A stretch of DNA of 62,724 bases, filler included, from Hausera hauseri (lineage: Eukaryota): NCBI GenBank assembly GCA_046269625.1. It is 11 parts of 11 records of this genome, joined end to end, with 100 filler letters (N's around TTAATTAATTAA, not from the genome) between each part and the next. Parts side by side here need not be neighbours in the genome. Positions count along the whole stretch, not along the records: positions 22,686 to 27,421 come from JBJURY010455802.1; positions 27,522 to 31,665 come from JBJURY010736766.1; positions 31,766 to 35,741 come from JBJURY010845302.1; positions 35,842 to 39,847 come from JBJURY010825194.1; 7 more parts are not named here. The stretch is one strand, 5' to 3'. The stretch's first letter is position 1, and each line of letters starts with the position of its first letter. The position numbers were made by a program, and so were the translations under genes. The notes under the pieces are model-generated. The model was given only the letters and a program-made list of their open reading frames with translations, was not told where the DNA came from and made no database searches. Of the stretch, positions 25,916-39,005 are shown in pieces.

Positions 25916-27421
25916 TTGGCCTGTCTTATATGTTTGTCTCACTACGTGAGTAGTGAGGCATTGTCCCATCATAAGACCAACTGTATGAAAGGAAAAGAGA
26001 AAATAAAAAGAGTTCCTGAGGTGATATTAATATCAACGAAGGTTCTAGGTGATCTAACTCACCCTTGTGGAACGCTCAGGTCCTCAGAACCTCTCGAGAA
26101 TCTCGGGATTAAGTTGATATCTCACTAGTTCCAGAAACAATAAAGATTTTGAGTGCCCTGACTGTGTGAGTGTGTGTAAAAATATGGGTGACAAAGTTGA
26201 GATGCAAGCAAGACAGGAGGAAGTGAAAAAGCAGAAGTCGGTAAAGAAATTAAAACCCTTTAAAGAGCAAATGAAAATAGTAAAAGAGGCCATTTCCTTA
26301 ACGATAGGGAACAAAAACGACAAAAAATTGTTAAACCAGAAACTAACCAGTGTAGAAGAGCATGAAGAACAGGAGAGCGTTATGGAAACATTGTGGGGTG
26401 AGGTGCGTAGGTGCAAAAAGGAGAAAGAGAAGTTGGAGAGAGAAATCAGTGAAGCAAGTGGATTGTTAGTAAAGAGGAAGCACAAAAATAAACTGGCAGG
26501 CCTAGAAACAGACTATAAAGAATGGTTCAACCTGGCAGTGCTCACACAGGGGTTAGCACATCTCTTATCTGACAATAAATCTTTCTCAGATGAGCAGCAG
26601 GCCCCTCATGACCCACCACCATACTCGTGACCAAACATGTGTCCCATCTATGCTGTGGATTCAGGCATTGTTCAAGTCACTTCTGAACCCAGTCCAGGGT
26701 CCACCCACAGTGGGCCTTACGGGCCCCTGAGCAGAGCATTGAGCTCAATGAACACAGACGAACTAGTCACAGTAGATGCCACAGGTTTTTCCAAACAGGG
26801 CTTAACTGCTTTTTCCACGCCAAACCAAAACATACAATTGACACCCCAACAGCATAGACCCAGGGTGGTCAGTTCAGGCCAGCTTTCGCCTGCTCCACCC
26901 ATATTAACTCCCCAGGCTTATTTAACTCCACCACCTTCTTTGGCCGCCTCCCAGGCCTCATGGGTTCCAGATCCATCAGGACCATTAAAGATATCTTCTA
27001 CACTGTATACAACACCATGCCAGTCCTATGCATTGTCTGACACAAACCCTGAGGAAAATGATGTTACTAACTCAATAGTTTATATAATATTAGCTCATTA
27101 TTTACAACAACTTCCAACTGTTGGGGAATACTCCAAAGTTACAACCCCCAAGATATTATCACATGTCGACTCTGTACACATGACAAGTGCCCAGGGTCTT
27201 TTGATAGCGACAAGTCTTAGATATCAGTCCTACAACAATTCCTACATTCGTGATTGTATCCAGTCCAAACGAAACATTAACAAATGAATCTGCAGATGAG
27301 TAGTATAGAACATGAAAAACAACGCTCGTTTCAGGATGAAAATGGCTCGCGTTAAGAAAAAACCTGGAGCAAGGCTGGCGTAAGGTTGCAGCAGGTAAGG
27401 AGAGATAATACAGGCGCAATC
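25916..27421 (+). pseudogene. Gag-like N-terminal region of an ERV, decayed
   Basis: Lies downstream of the LTR; coiled-coil region, DPPPYS late domain, Pro/Ser-rich linker; stops and frameshifts. Confidence 0.55.
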
Positions 27422-27521
27422 NNNNNNNNNNNNNNNNNNNNNNNNNNNNNNNNNNNNNNNNNNNNTTAATTAATTAANNNNNNNNNNNNNNNNNNNNNNN
27501 NNNNNNNNNNNNNNNNNNNNN
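27422..27521. other. Artificial contig spacer
   Basis: N-TTAATTAATTAA-N. Confidence 0.99.
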
Positions 27522-28660
27522 TCATCCAGCCCGATGATGTCTCCTTCTTCAATTATCTGGAATTTCATAACCTCGTTCATAAATGCCGCATAGGAGCGTT
27601 GTTCCCACCATAGTAAGTTTTCAGTTTTTCTAAGGATGCTCTATATCCTTCTTCTTAAAGATCGAAATTTTCGACCAGTTTTTTCGGCTCCCCATACAAA
27701 CATTTATTTAACTGTAGTTGTTTGTATATATCCGTCATTGAGGTCTTGTGGATACACGTATCAAATGTCTTCCTCCATTTATCGTATTCTTTAACTATTC
27801 CCCGAACTTCGGTAATTCTAATTTTTGTAACTTTGGTAGAATTACCCTTTCCCTTTTTTCCTCTTCTGATCTTCCTCTGACGGCCATCATTTTATTTTCT
27901 CTTGAGGTTCTTTCATAGATGATCGCGTTAATTTTTTCATTCTGATCATCTAGCTTCTCCATGTCGTTTTCTAGTAACGTGATGTTTTCCTTCTTCTTCA
28001 ACTTTCTTGCCGCGGTAGCTAATACACACAGCTCCCCTTGAAGTACGTTGTAGGCTTTATCGTATTTTTGATGATAAACCTCGTACTCTTGATCGCTCAT
28101 GCTCGCATCCATCAACTTCCTCCGAATCGCTGATAGATCGTTAATAAATTTACGCCGTTCCGACAGTCTCTCTTCTAATTCTTCCGTAGTTAACTCGCTC
28201 CCACCTTTTAACCGCAACTGCAAAAAGAATGGTCGAGCCCTTCTGAATATAGTATTCATCAAGTTTTGGCACTCCTCAAGTTGTTTCCCGTTATAGATTA
28301 ACCGTTGTTGTTTTATCGGAATCCCTTCCTTTTCCTCGACTGCCAACTTCAACTCCTTTACTTTGTCCGACGTCTTCACTAAGACCGCAACTATTTTTCC
28401 CGAAATTGTTTCAAAAAATATCATTGTTTTTTCTTCTTCCAACTTTGTTGTTTCCTCTTACACAATTTCCTTGAGGACGAGTTCCCTTCTTTCGTCCTTT
28501 ACAGATGACACCTCTGGTGGTCGTGACTCACCTCTCTCTGGTTTTTCTCCCTGAATTTGCAGTTCTACAATCTTGAATCCGGAGTCATTTTTAGATTCCT
28601 GAGGTCCATTTGAATTTCCGCGGCAGCTCGTTTCAAAGGAGAACCCTTTTACGATTTCGC
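27522..28660 (-). mobile_element. BEL/Pao retrotransposon gag (DUF1759-like) with an internal ubiquitin-like domain, decayed
   Basis: KLELPKFG..EYDKWRKTFDTCIH..MTDIYK..CLYGEPKKLVENF..Y..SLEKLKTYYGG is typical of BEL gag. Confidence 0.82.
28200..28424 (-). other. Ubiquitin/NEDD8-like domain ending in LRLKGG
   Basis: MIFFETISGK..SDKVKELK..VEEKEGIP.KQQRLIYNGKQLE..LRLKGG; an alternate frame gives DEYYIQKGSTI (compensating frameshifts). Confidence 0.92.
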
Positions 28661-28674
28661 TTCCCCAGTCAAAT

Positions 28675-29112
28675 GCTATTGATTCCGTCAGTTGATGCCT
28701 ATTTTCCAACTGTTTAGAGAGACAGACATGCTTTTTATTCCCTTTTAAATATTTACCGCCTCCAGCGCAAGACACCTCAACTCCTGGTATTAGCATTGCC
28801 TTTGTGGAATTGTCACGATGTTTTAATGTATTCATTTTTCCTTTGATCCTCATCGTGCATATTCCACATAATGATTCCGCCTTCATTATAACATTTAAAC
28901 GGAAAGAACAAAGCCCGAACGCAAGGAGAAAGACATACAGAGCCTCGAAGACAACCGCATAACGTGGATTGCGTCTGCGGATCACGGCCCACGACGGCCG
29001 GTGCCCTTTGGCCCATTTGGTTGGGCGCGGCCGGGTGTCCGCTGTCTCCGTGTTGGATTCGTAGTCGGGCCCGATTTTTCGACTCGAAATTTTACGGTTT
29101 CCCTATGTTACA
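28675..29112 (-). repeat. Probable 5' LTR of the BEL element
   Basis: Starts TGTAAC on the minus strand at 29112; AATAAA near 28735-28740; CA ends available at about 28711 or 28675, just before gag. Confidence 0.5.
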
Positions 29113-29959
29113 GAAAATAAAAGTTGATTATAGATAGCTATCTGATGCACCATATGATCGCGGCGTTATACAACATACAGATAGAATTAACCAATTTTAC
29201 ACGCGAATACAAGTTCTTATATGTTATTCAAGTAATTCCGCATTTGGTCATTAGCCAAGTTGTTCCCATAGCATTACCTTATTTATCCATATCAAAAGTT
29301 GCGATAAATCAAAAGAATGAGGAAAGTGGATGTTATTTGTTGATGAAAGATATTCTTCTCCAAAATCAATTTATCATTTAAAAAAAATTGCATCGCACCA
29401 CCGCGACCTTGCTTTTCAAATTGCAAATTTTCTGAGCAAGAGCTTGGATGATTCCAACAAAAATGCATTTACAACAAGTGTACTTAGTTGTCCAACTTCG
29501 CAACTAATATGAATGATACTCTAAAGAGAACCCTAGTTGCTAAAAGGCAAAAGATTTATCCAAACACTCCATTAAAACTGATTTTTGTAGCAATTGAAGA
29601 AGGTGTTATGAAGACGTACTATGAATTAACATTGAAAAACGGATTGTTAATTATCGGAGTGAGATTTCAGGAAGAAAAGTTCATGAAATATATAACACAA
29701 AACAGTGATCACTTGAAAGAAATCGACATTAATTTACATTTAATATTGAATTACGCGTTCAGTTTCTATCTGACCAAACGAAACTTCGGCCAAGTATATT
29801 TCTCGACGAAATTCCATGAAAAAGAAGGTACACTTACTCATCCAAAACTGATCGATCGAATCATGGTTGATTGTTTGTATCCATCAACTCTGCAATGCCA
29901 GTAAACTCTTACGACATGTGCGAAAACTACCACCAAAAGTGAAAACTTCCATTAATACT

Positions 29960-30780
29960 AAAATATGGCCAAACCAAGACGATATATCAAACCTTATTTA
30001 CTGTTGGCTAGATCAAGTAAAGGAACGAGACAAAATCACGAGACAGCGAGTAGGAAATGAATTCGTAAGGCTCCTCGCAGATGAAAAACTCACAGTCCAA
30101 GATATAGCGTCGGGAATAAATCGCTTTGTTAAAGTTTGGATGATTTGGTCACTGACATTCCGCTTGTTTAGGAAAGTTTTGGCTCAATTTTATCATGTTT
30201 TATCAGATGCTCTTCGGATGTATCACCTTTCAAAAACATTTTTGATGAAACTGTGCCAAAGTCAAATGTTTTAAATCGTATCGTGCTCTCATTGAATTAT
30301 GCTTCAGAAGATTCTATGAATGTTGTGGCAGAATTGATGGACCATTCTGCGTGGTTTCTTACAGATTTCGGACAATTATGATCTATTAAAGTGTTACTTA
30401 AGACTCATAAACTTAAGTCCTCGTTGAAAATTTTGAAAGTTTCAATGAAGAAGAATTAGTACCATATGAAACCATTCAAAATGAACTTATTGATCTTTTA
30501 CCAAAGGATGATGAAAAGATTTAACAGTTATTGATCATTATAAATTATTGGAAAACAAAGATCCCGATTTTATTCGTTTTGTTTTTTTGGCATTCTTTCA
30601 TACATTTGTGACTTATCATCAGATAATATCAAAAGACGCATTTATCCAGTTATACCAGAACCTTCCGATCAAAAATCAGTCGTTATCCGACAACGTATGG
30701 AGTTCTAATCAGAAAATCGTTTTCAATGCTGTTAATACGTTTCTGGATAAACTCTCGGTAGTATACGAGCGGAGACATAT
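29960..30780 (+). pseudogene. eIF4G C-terminal (MA3 and W2) fragments with deletions
   Basis: ERDKITRQRVG..FVRLL..GI..DDLVTDIP (MA3-like); DPDFIR..IISKDAF..AVNTFLDKL (W2-like). Confidence 0.65.
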
Positions 30781-31665
30781 CTTACTTTATTTTAGACGGT
30801 GAATTTTGTTCCTTTTGTTCTGTTGAATGAATACTTAATTTTCATAAAATTATCTTAAAACCGTAATTCAACAATGTACATACTTTTCTAGATTTCTATA
30901 CATGTGTATATATAGATTTTTTGTAGTTGTTTAAACACAATAAAAAATTTGCGTCGGTTTTTGATTTGTCATTCGCCATAGTGGAAAATTTCGTATAGAT
31001 AATTCAAAGTTTTAGCAATATCAATTTGATTTCTCTCAATTCTGAATGCGTAAAACGATTTTTGAAAGTTTAGTCCAGGAAAATACTCAAGTTACTTTAA
31101 AAAAGGGTTAAAAAAGGAAAGATGCAAAAATTGTTCTGTGATGATTTGGCAAAGTTTTGCCGGAATTTTCCGCTGCAGTCGCATACGTGGGATTTATTAA
31201 TCAACGAAGAATATGCCAATAAATGGTGTCAGAAATGTTACTCGCTTATCTGATGGCCCTCGCACGTGGAATTTTTCAACCATATAACGTTGATATTTTT
31301 ATCCATTTCAAATTTTGTAAATTCTGTCCATGATAATAGCGAATATGTGTTCTGTTCTGTTTCGAAAATGGGTATTGATGATCTGTATGTCGATACCAAC
31401 TACTTTCTTGATATAACTGGCAACGAAACCCGCTAACTCTAACCAGATACGCATCTGTCCCCCCCAACCATGTTTACCGATGGCCATTTGCGAATACAAC
31501 AACACACCGTTCTGCTTGGCTGCTGGGCCCGATAGATTTGCCTATCGGGTAGCGGAGAGGCACGTTGGTGCTGGGCCAGTATCACTGGACATGTATGACA
31601 TATCGTGCCCAATCACTGACGGAAGTAGTCACACTGCTATAGCATCTACGGTCCCTATTTCTGAT

Positions 31666-31765
31666 NNNNNNNNNNNNNNNNNNNNNNNNNNNNNNNNNNN
31701 NNNNNNNNNTTAATTAATTAANNNNNNNNNNNNNNNNNNNNNNNNNNNNNNNNNNNNNNNNNNNN
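31666..31765. other. Artificial contig spacer
   Basis: N-TTAATTAATTAA-N. Confidence 0.99.
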
Positions 31766-32649
31766 AGCACATCGAGATGCACCTTGATATATACTGTGCA
31801 GTGCAAAAACACGTGTGCAAGTGTGCAAAAATCAATAATATCAGATTTCCGATATTTCCAATATTGATGATTAGGACATGTGACCGGGTGCATTCGAACA
31901 CAAATATGGTGCAGTATATGAATGTGCAGCTAGAATTTAAATTTATCTATCAGTTTTCGAATAATATCGATCCAAAGTGCAAGTGGGACAGACACCCCAT
32001 AGGTTTTTAGGTCCTAAGGATGCATAATTCGGTATTATAATTAGCGGGGACAAATAGGAAGTTGAATATGGCGATCTCGAATCTCATGTCAGATATTTGA
32101 AATTCGAATATCTTTTGGCTCTAATATCGAAGTTTGAACTTTTCGAAAAATCTAACAGCGGCAATCGATTCCTCATATATGAAAACCCTTTTCAATAAAA
32201 ACTATTTCATGAAAATCTACTATATAGATATAAAATCAATATTTCGAATTAGGCAAAATCTGCATTTAAAACTCAGTGAAGCTAAAATCGACAAATCTAT
32301 AAGCGGTCACGGATAGGAAGTCATAAATGTTGAACTGGAATATGGCATCAGTTATTCGAATTCGAGCTTCCAAGACGAATACTTAGCTATTCGAACTCGA
32401 ATATTTGGTCAAGCATGCATTATTCGACGAATCTAATGACGTCATTCGAATCCTCATGGTTGAAAACCTTAAATTTGGTGCCACCATGTATTTAATTTAA
32501 TTGATGTATTAAAACAAAAGTGCATTAAAACCGATCAATAAGCGGGGCAGTGCATGGTGATATAGATATATTTTTCATTATTACCAAAATCACTTCAAGG
32601 AATGGCGAGGTTTTTAATTGTGTTCCTTAAATAATTAATTGATTTTCAG

Positions 32650-35600
32650 ATGTGCAAACTCTACAGAGATTGCATGGCTCAAATCCATGAGCTTGAAAAT
32701 TGCCACAATATTATGAAGAAGTATTTCAGCCATATGTACAACGGGGTTCAGTATTATATATGCCCTACATGTGAAGTAGTGTGCCAAACCAATTATGAAG
32801 ACTTTTACAATGTCCATAAACAGCACTTGATTTCCTTCACAAAGTCGAAAAACAAAAATTCAGTACCAATATGCCAATAATGACTTTCGTGCCAAAGGAA
32901 AATCAAAGATGCAGTTTATATGTGTACTGCACATGTGCAATACACAACCCTCAAAATTGCCACAATGCCATGAGCAGCTATTATTGACACAAGTTTAACA
33001 GGATCATTTATTATATCTGCCCTGGATGTCAGGCTGTATGTGATGGAGAATACATACAGTTTTATAAAGATCACAAACATCCTTTGACTGACTTTGCATC
33101 AAAGTCAAAGAAGATCATCTTTAATGAACATAAGCCAGTTGCACAGCCCGCAGTACCACAGCCTTCAGTACAGCCATATGCAGTATTAAAACGCATATCA
33201 GGCGCATCAGGCGCATCAGGCGTACCGGCTCCATCAAAGAGTCAAAGAAAGCGGCCAGTTGATGCTGCAACATTAAAGACGAAAGTTCCACAAATATATC
33301 ATTGATGCAACTGGTCAAACAACCATGAAGGAGTCCCTGGAGTACACAGACGAAGAAACAGAGGGAATTCTCCAGGATAGCATAGCTGAGCTCAATGCCA
33401 TTAAGACTAATATGAAACTGGAGACCATATAGTCAATGTTGATGGCGAAGAATCCAATAGAGCCTTCAAGACCAGAAATAGACCTATTTTTGAAGCCACG
33501 AATATAGTAGAATGGCTGCATGAAGAGCATGCAAAGCTTATCCGTGAAGCCGATGAGAGTCAGGATAAGAAGGGTGGATAGACTCTGGCAATCATCAAGA
33601 GATTGCCTGTGTATGTTCACGAGTACTCTCCCATGCGGGGCAGTTCTTATATTCAGCTTCCGGAATGGATCGCTAATAAAAAATCATGCATCAATGTCCA
33701 TAATAATGACAACAAGTGTTTCATGTATGCCATTCTATCAAAACTCGTACCAGATCATAAACATGCAGCGAATCGAGTTTGGCTATATAATAATCTGAAG
33801 CACAACTATGACTTCCAATGTACCACATTCCCTCCATCCTTACATGAAATTAAGAAGTTCAGCCGAATCAACAACATATCCATTAACATCATTGGATTAG
33901 ATAATGAGGACAAATTTTATCCCCTGCAGATATATGATACTAAATTGGAAGATCATAAGGATCTGTTCGTACTAGACGATGGAGACAAGAAACATTATGT
34001 TTGGATCAAAAATTTTGAGCGTCTAGTCAGATCCCAAATTACAAATCATCATGGATAAATAAAAATATGTAAACGATGTTTATCTCATTTCATTGGTGAT
34101 ACAGCAGTGAACAAGCTTGCAGAGCACAAAATGTACTGCAACAACAATTACTGTGTAAGACCAGAATTGTCCAAGGGGAACTATATTGAATTCAAGGAGT
34201 TCGAGAAGATCAAGGTCCCAATAGTGATCTGTTGCGACTTTAAGGCTATTCTCAGGCCAATTCACAGCTGCACTCCCAGTGCTCAACATAGCAGCACAAC
34301 GACATACCAATATCATGAACTCTCATCGTATTGCATATATGCCAAAGGACTGGACAGTGAACCATTTTTATTCAGGGGTCCATGTACAGCATCATATTTC
34401 ATGAAACGACTTAAAGACATGGCTCATAGGCTTGGAAACATGCTTCAGAAGCATAAGGATAATATGAGCATGTCGTAGAAACAAGCTGAAGAATGACGCA
34501 AGGCAACAACATATTATGCTCCAAATCATTCACCAAGGATAATCATAAAGTCAAGGATCATTGCTATTTTACAGTAACATATCGGGGCGCAGTATGCAAC
34601 AACTGCAATCTGCGTTGCAAAACATGCATATATGTGCCTGTAGTGTTTCACAATCTCAGTGACTATGATTCCCACTTCATTGTTCAGGAACTGGGCAACA
34701 CTGATAGGAACATTGATGTCATTCCCAATAGTGAGGAAAAATACATCACTTTTACCAAGCATGTCGGCCGCATTAGACTTCGATTATTAGAGAGCTTCCG
34801 CTTTATGAACTCGTCACTGGATAGTTTAGTGAAGAACCTCCCTGCAGAAGACCGGAAGAAGACGAAGCGGTTCTTCCCTACTACCCATCCTTATGACTAC
34901 ATAACTTCATGTGAAACACTGAATGAGACTTCACTGCCGGACAAGAAGGACTTTTACAGTATCCTCTCTCATTGTAATATCAGTGATGCTGACTACCAGC
35001 ATGCTCAGAATGTCTGGCATGCATTCAAATGCCGAACATTAGGGGAATACAACGACATATACCTCAAGACGGACGTTCTGTTGATGACAGATGTCTTTGA
35101 GAGTTACACGGATGTCACAATGAAGAGCCATGCTTTGGATCCGGCTCATTTCTTTACGATTCCAGGGATGAGCTGGACAGCTATGCTGAGATATACCGGC
35201 ATAAGGCTGCAGATCATTAAGAATTACTATATAATCCTTATGATCGAGAGAGGAATTAGAGGCGGAATATGCCAGGCCATTCACCGGTATAGCGAGGTCA
35301 ACAACAAGTATGTGGCCCAGTATGATCCGTCCAAGGAATCCTCATATATATCATACATGGATGTCAACAACTTGTATGGATATGCATTGAGCGCCCAATT
35401 GCCGTATGATGACTTCAAATGGGTCGAGAATCCTGAAACCATCCCTATATTGGACTTGGATCCCACCGGAGATACGGGATATATACTGGAGGTGGATATG
35501 GAATATCCGGCTTTAATCCACGCAAGGCATCAACAGCTGCCTTTCATCCCTGAGTAGGCATCCGCCCCATAGAAAGCAGAGAAAGCTGCTCTGTCAACTG

Positions 35601-35741
35601 GGTAATAGGAAGAGGTATGTAGTTCACTACATCAATCTTCCCCAGGCAGTCAAACATGGACTTTGTATTACCAAGATCCATAGAGCCCTCCAGTTTAGCC
35701 AGTCTATGTGCCTGCAGCCCTACATAGATCACAATACCAAG
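32650..35741 (+). mobile_element. Second Polinton/adintovirus-type pPolB, pseudogenised, cut by the contig end; N-terminal tandem Cys/His domains
   Basis: YSPMRGSSYIQLPEWIANKKSCINVHNNDNKCF; CDFKAIL (ExoI); VKDHC..YRGAVCNNCNL; FHNLSDYD; YLKTDV; GIRGG; YMDVNNLYG. Confidence 0.93.
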
Positions 35742-35841
35742 NNNNNNNNNNNNNNNNNNNNNNNNNNNNNNNNNNNNNNNNNNNNTTAATTAATTAANNN
35801 NNNNNNNNNNNNNNNNNNNNNNNNNNNNNNNNNNNNNNNNN
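35742..35841. other. Artificial contig spacer
   Basis: N-TTAATTAATTAA-N. Confidence 0.99.
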
Positions 35842-37200
35842 AAACTTAATAAACCAAATCAAAAAATTATTAGACAACAACATACCGGTACCGGTAACAT
35901 AAAAAGTAGGTCATAAAACAAAAATCACTAATACATGATAGTCACTAAAATAATAAATATAAACAGTAATAAAACGTAATAACAAAAAATATAATTATTA
36001 ATAAAATAGCTAATGTCACAAAGAACTATTATGATAAATACAGTGTATGTAAAACGAAATAAAAAAAAAATTATCTTAGTCAATCAATAAAACATATTGT
36101 ATTGTCATGACTTGTCCTATTTTTGTGTAATGTCTTGTCCTTTTTCGTAGCTGTATTTTTTCCAGCAGCGACATTGTCGTCGGTGAAACGAATTCTACAC
36201 AGAGAGTCTACGGGCCGGAAACCGGAAGTGCATCATCATCGGTGGAACCAAGTCTACCCAAGCATTCTATAGCCAGGATTTGTATCAACCACCTGAGAAT
36301 ACCACACAACCTATAGTTTAGATTGGCTTGTGTTGTCATGTTTATTTTTTTGCATATTGTATTGAATTGTTCTGTATTATGTATTTTGTATCGTTCTATT
36401 TTTGTTTGCATTACTTCTTGTATTGTTGTGTGCTTTTGTAGTTTCATTTATCAGATACCCGGAAACGCATTGTCAGCGGCAGATCAAGTTCAACGCAGAG
36501 TCTACAGTCCGGAATCGTGTCAACCACGACAAGCATAGTCCTATGATATAGATCAATCTATAGTTTAGATTAGCTTAAATTGTCATATATATATTTATTT
36601 GCTTAATGTATTGCATTTTTGTCTTTCTAATGCATTTTGTACCGTCCTGTCTTTTTTTAATGTAATATCTTTATTTTTCAGATCCCCGGAAGATGGAAGT
36701 GCACGGTGGATGGATGGATGGATTATGCCTCTGTAACTGCAAGTTCTTCTCTTGGCAGCATTGCTTGATGGAAGCGCACAACGGTGGATCCAAGTCTACA
36801 TGGAGAGTCTGCAGCCTGGAAGAAGGAAGTGAATTTGTTAATTTTGGATCCAATTCTACAGTCTGTATCATCATGTATTTTGTATATTTGTATTGTCCTG
36901 TTTTTGTACCCAGTCTATTTATAATTTAAGAATAAAACATACAAAACAAACATAAAACAGTAATGACACTAAGATACCGGTACCGGTAATATTAAAAGTA
37001 GATAACTGAGCATAACTAAAATAAAATAATCACTAAAATAATAATAAAAAATAAACATAACAAAATAACAATAAATATACAGAAAATAAACAATATAACA
37101 GAATAAACATACATAAAATAAGCAATAATATATAATAATAAAATAGGGCCAATTGTATGTCTTGTAGTCCTGTTAACATAAAATTCGTTTTATGTATGTC

Positions 37201-37279
37201 ATACCCGTGTGAGCCCGGGGTAAAATAGGCGCACTACTCCGCCATCAGTATGTCGTAAGAGGTGACAAAAGATGGGTAT
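37201..37279 (+). ncRNA. Structured RNA motif, copy 1 (candidate retroelement 5' ribozyme)
   Basis: ACCCG/CGGGGT hairpin, AAAATAGG, CCATC/GATGG stem enclosing the TGTCG-TAAGAGG-TGACA hairpin. Confidence 0.45.
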
Positions 37280-38926
37280 TGGGTAGATGATGCTTGCTAA
37301 CCGTAGTTAGCAGTCTGGAAGACGGGAGGGACCTTACCAACAGTGGATTCAAGTCTACATACGGAAGCAGGATGTGTATCATCAGTTTGAATGATGCTGC
37401 GATCCGGGAAAAACGGTCTGCAAGATATGTCATCTGATGCTAACTGTCGCATGTATTATTTTATGTTCTATTATATATTATGTGCATGAAATCCTTTATG
37501 TTTACTATGTGTTTTCTATGTACATTTTTTGTTGTTGCAATGTTATCTTAAGCTTTGTGTTTACTATATTTGCTATGTTTTCTGTATTTTCTTTATATTT
37601 GTCAAATACATGTGTTATGTTATATGCGTGTGAATCTGTGGGCTGAATAGCTTGATTGCTGGAAAAAGGAATGGACATTGTCAACATTGGATCAACATCT
37701 AGCCGGAGAGTACAAAGCCTGAAAGATAGATGCAACTTGTCAGCCCTTGGTCCAAATCTATGCAGAGATTCAGCAGTCTCGAGGACGGATGCGATAACGT
37801 CGACAACGATGCAAGTCCACACGGTGAGTGTACACTCTCATGTCTATTAAATGTGTGTATTGTCCACTGTTGTTGCCTTTTTGCATGTTATATATATATA
37901 TAGGAATTAAACTTAATAAACCAAATCAAAAAATTATTAGACAACAACATACCGGTACCGGTAACATAAAAAGTAGGTCATAAAAAAAAAATCACTAATA
38001 CATGATAGTCACTAAAATAATAAATATAAACAGTAATAAAACGTAATAACAAAAAATATTTTTTAAAATTTATTTTTTTGCATATTGTATTGAATTGTTC
38101 TATATTATGTATTTTGTATCGTTTAATTTTTGTTTTCGTTACTTCTTGTATTGTCATTTGCTTTTGTAGTTTCATTTATCAGATACCCGGAAATGCATCG
38201 TCAGCGGCAGATCAAGTTCAACGCAGAGTCTACAGTCCGGAATCGTGTCAACCACGATAAGCATAGTCCTATGGTTTAGATCAATCTATAGTTTAGCTTA
38301 GCTTAAATTGTCATATATATATTTATTTGCTTAATGTATTGCATTTTTCTTTCTTATGCATTTTGTACTGTCCTGTCTTTTTTTTATGTAATATCTTCAT
38401 TTTTCGGATCCCCGGAAGATGGAAGTGCACGGTGGAAGGATGGATGGATTATGCCTCTGTAACTGCAAGTTCTTCTCTTGGCAGCATTGCTTGATGGAAG
38501 CGCACATCGGTGGATCCAAGTCTACATGGAGAGTCTGCAGCCTGGAAGAAGGAAGTGAATTTGTTAATTTTGGATCCAATTCTACAGTCTGTATCATCAT
38601 GTATTTTGTATATTTGTATTGTCCTGTTTTTGTACCCAGTCTATTTATAATTTAAGAATAAAACATACAAAACAAACATAAAACAGTAATGACACTAAGA
38701 TACCGGTACCGGTAATATTAAAAGTAGATAACTGAGCATAACTAAAATAAAATAATCACTAAAATAATAATAAAAAATAAACATAACAAAATAACAATAA
38801 ATATACAGAAAATAAACAATATAACAGAATAAACATACATAAAATAAGCAATAATATATAATAATAAAATAGGGCCAATTGTATGTCTTGTAGTCCTGTT
38901 AACATAAAATTCGTTTTATGTATGTC

Positions 38927-39005
38927 ATACCCGTGTGAGCCCGGGGTAAAATAGGCGCACTACTCCGCCATCAGTATGTCGTAAGAGGTGACAAAAGATG
39001 GGTAT
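38927..39005 (+). ncRNA. Structured RNA motif, copy 2
   Basis: Identical to 37201-37279. Confidence 0.45.
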
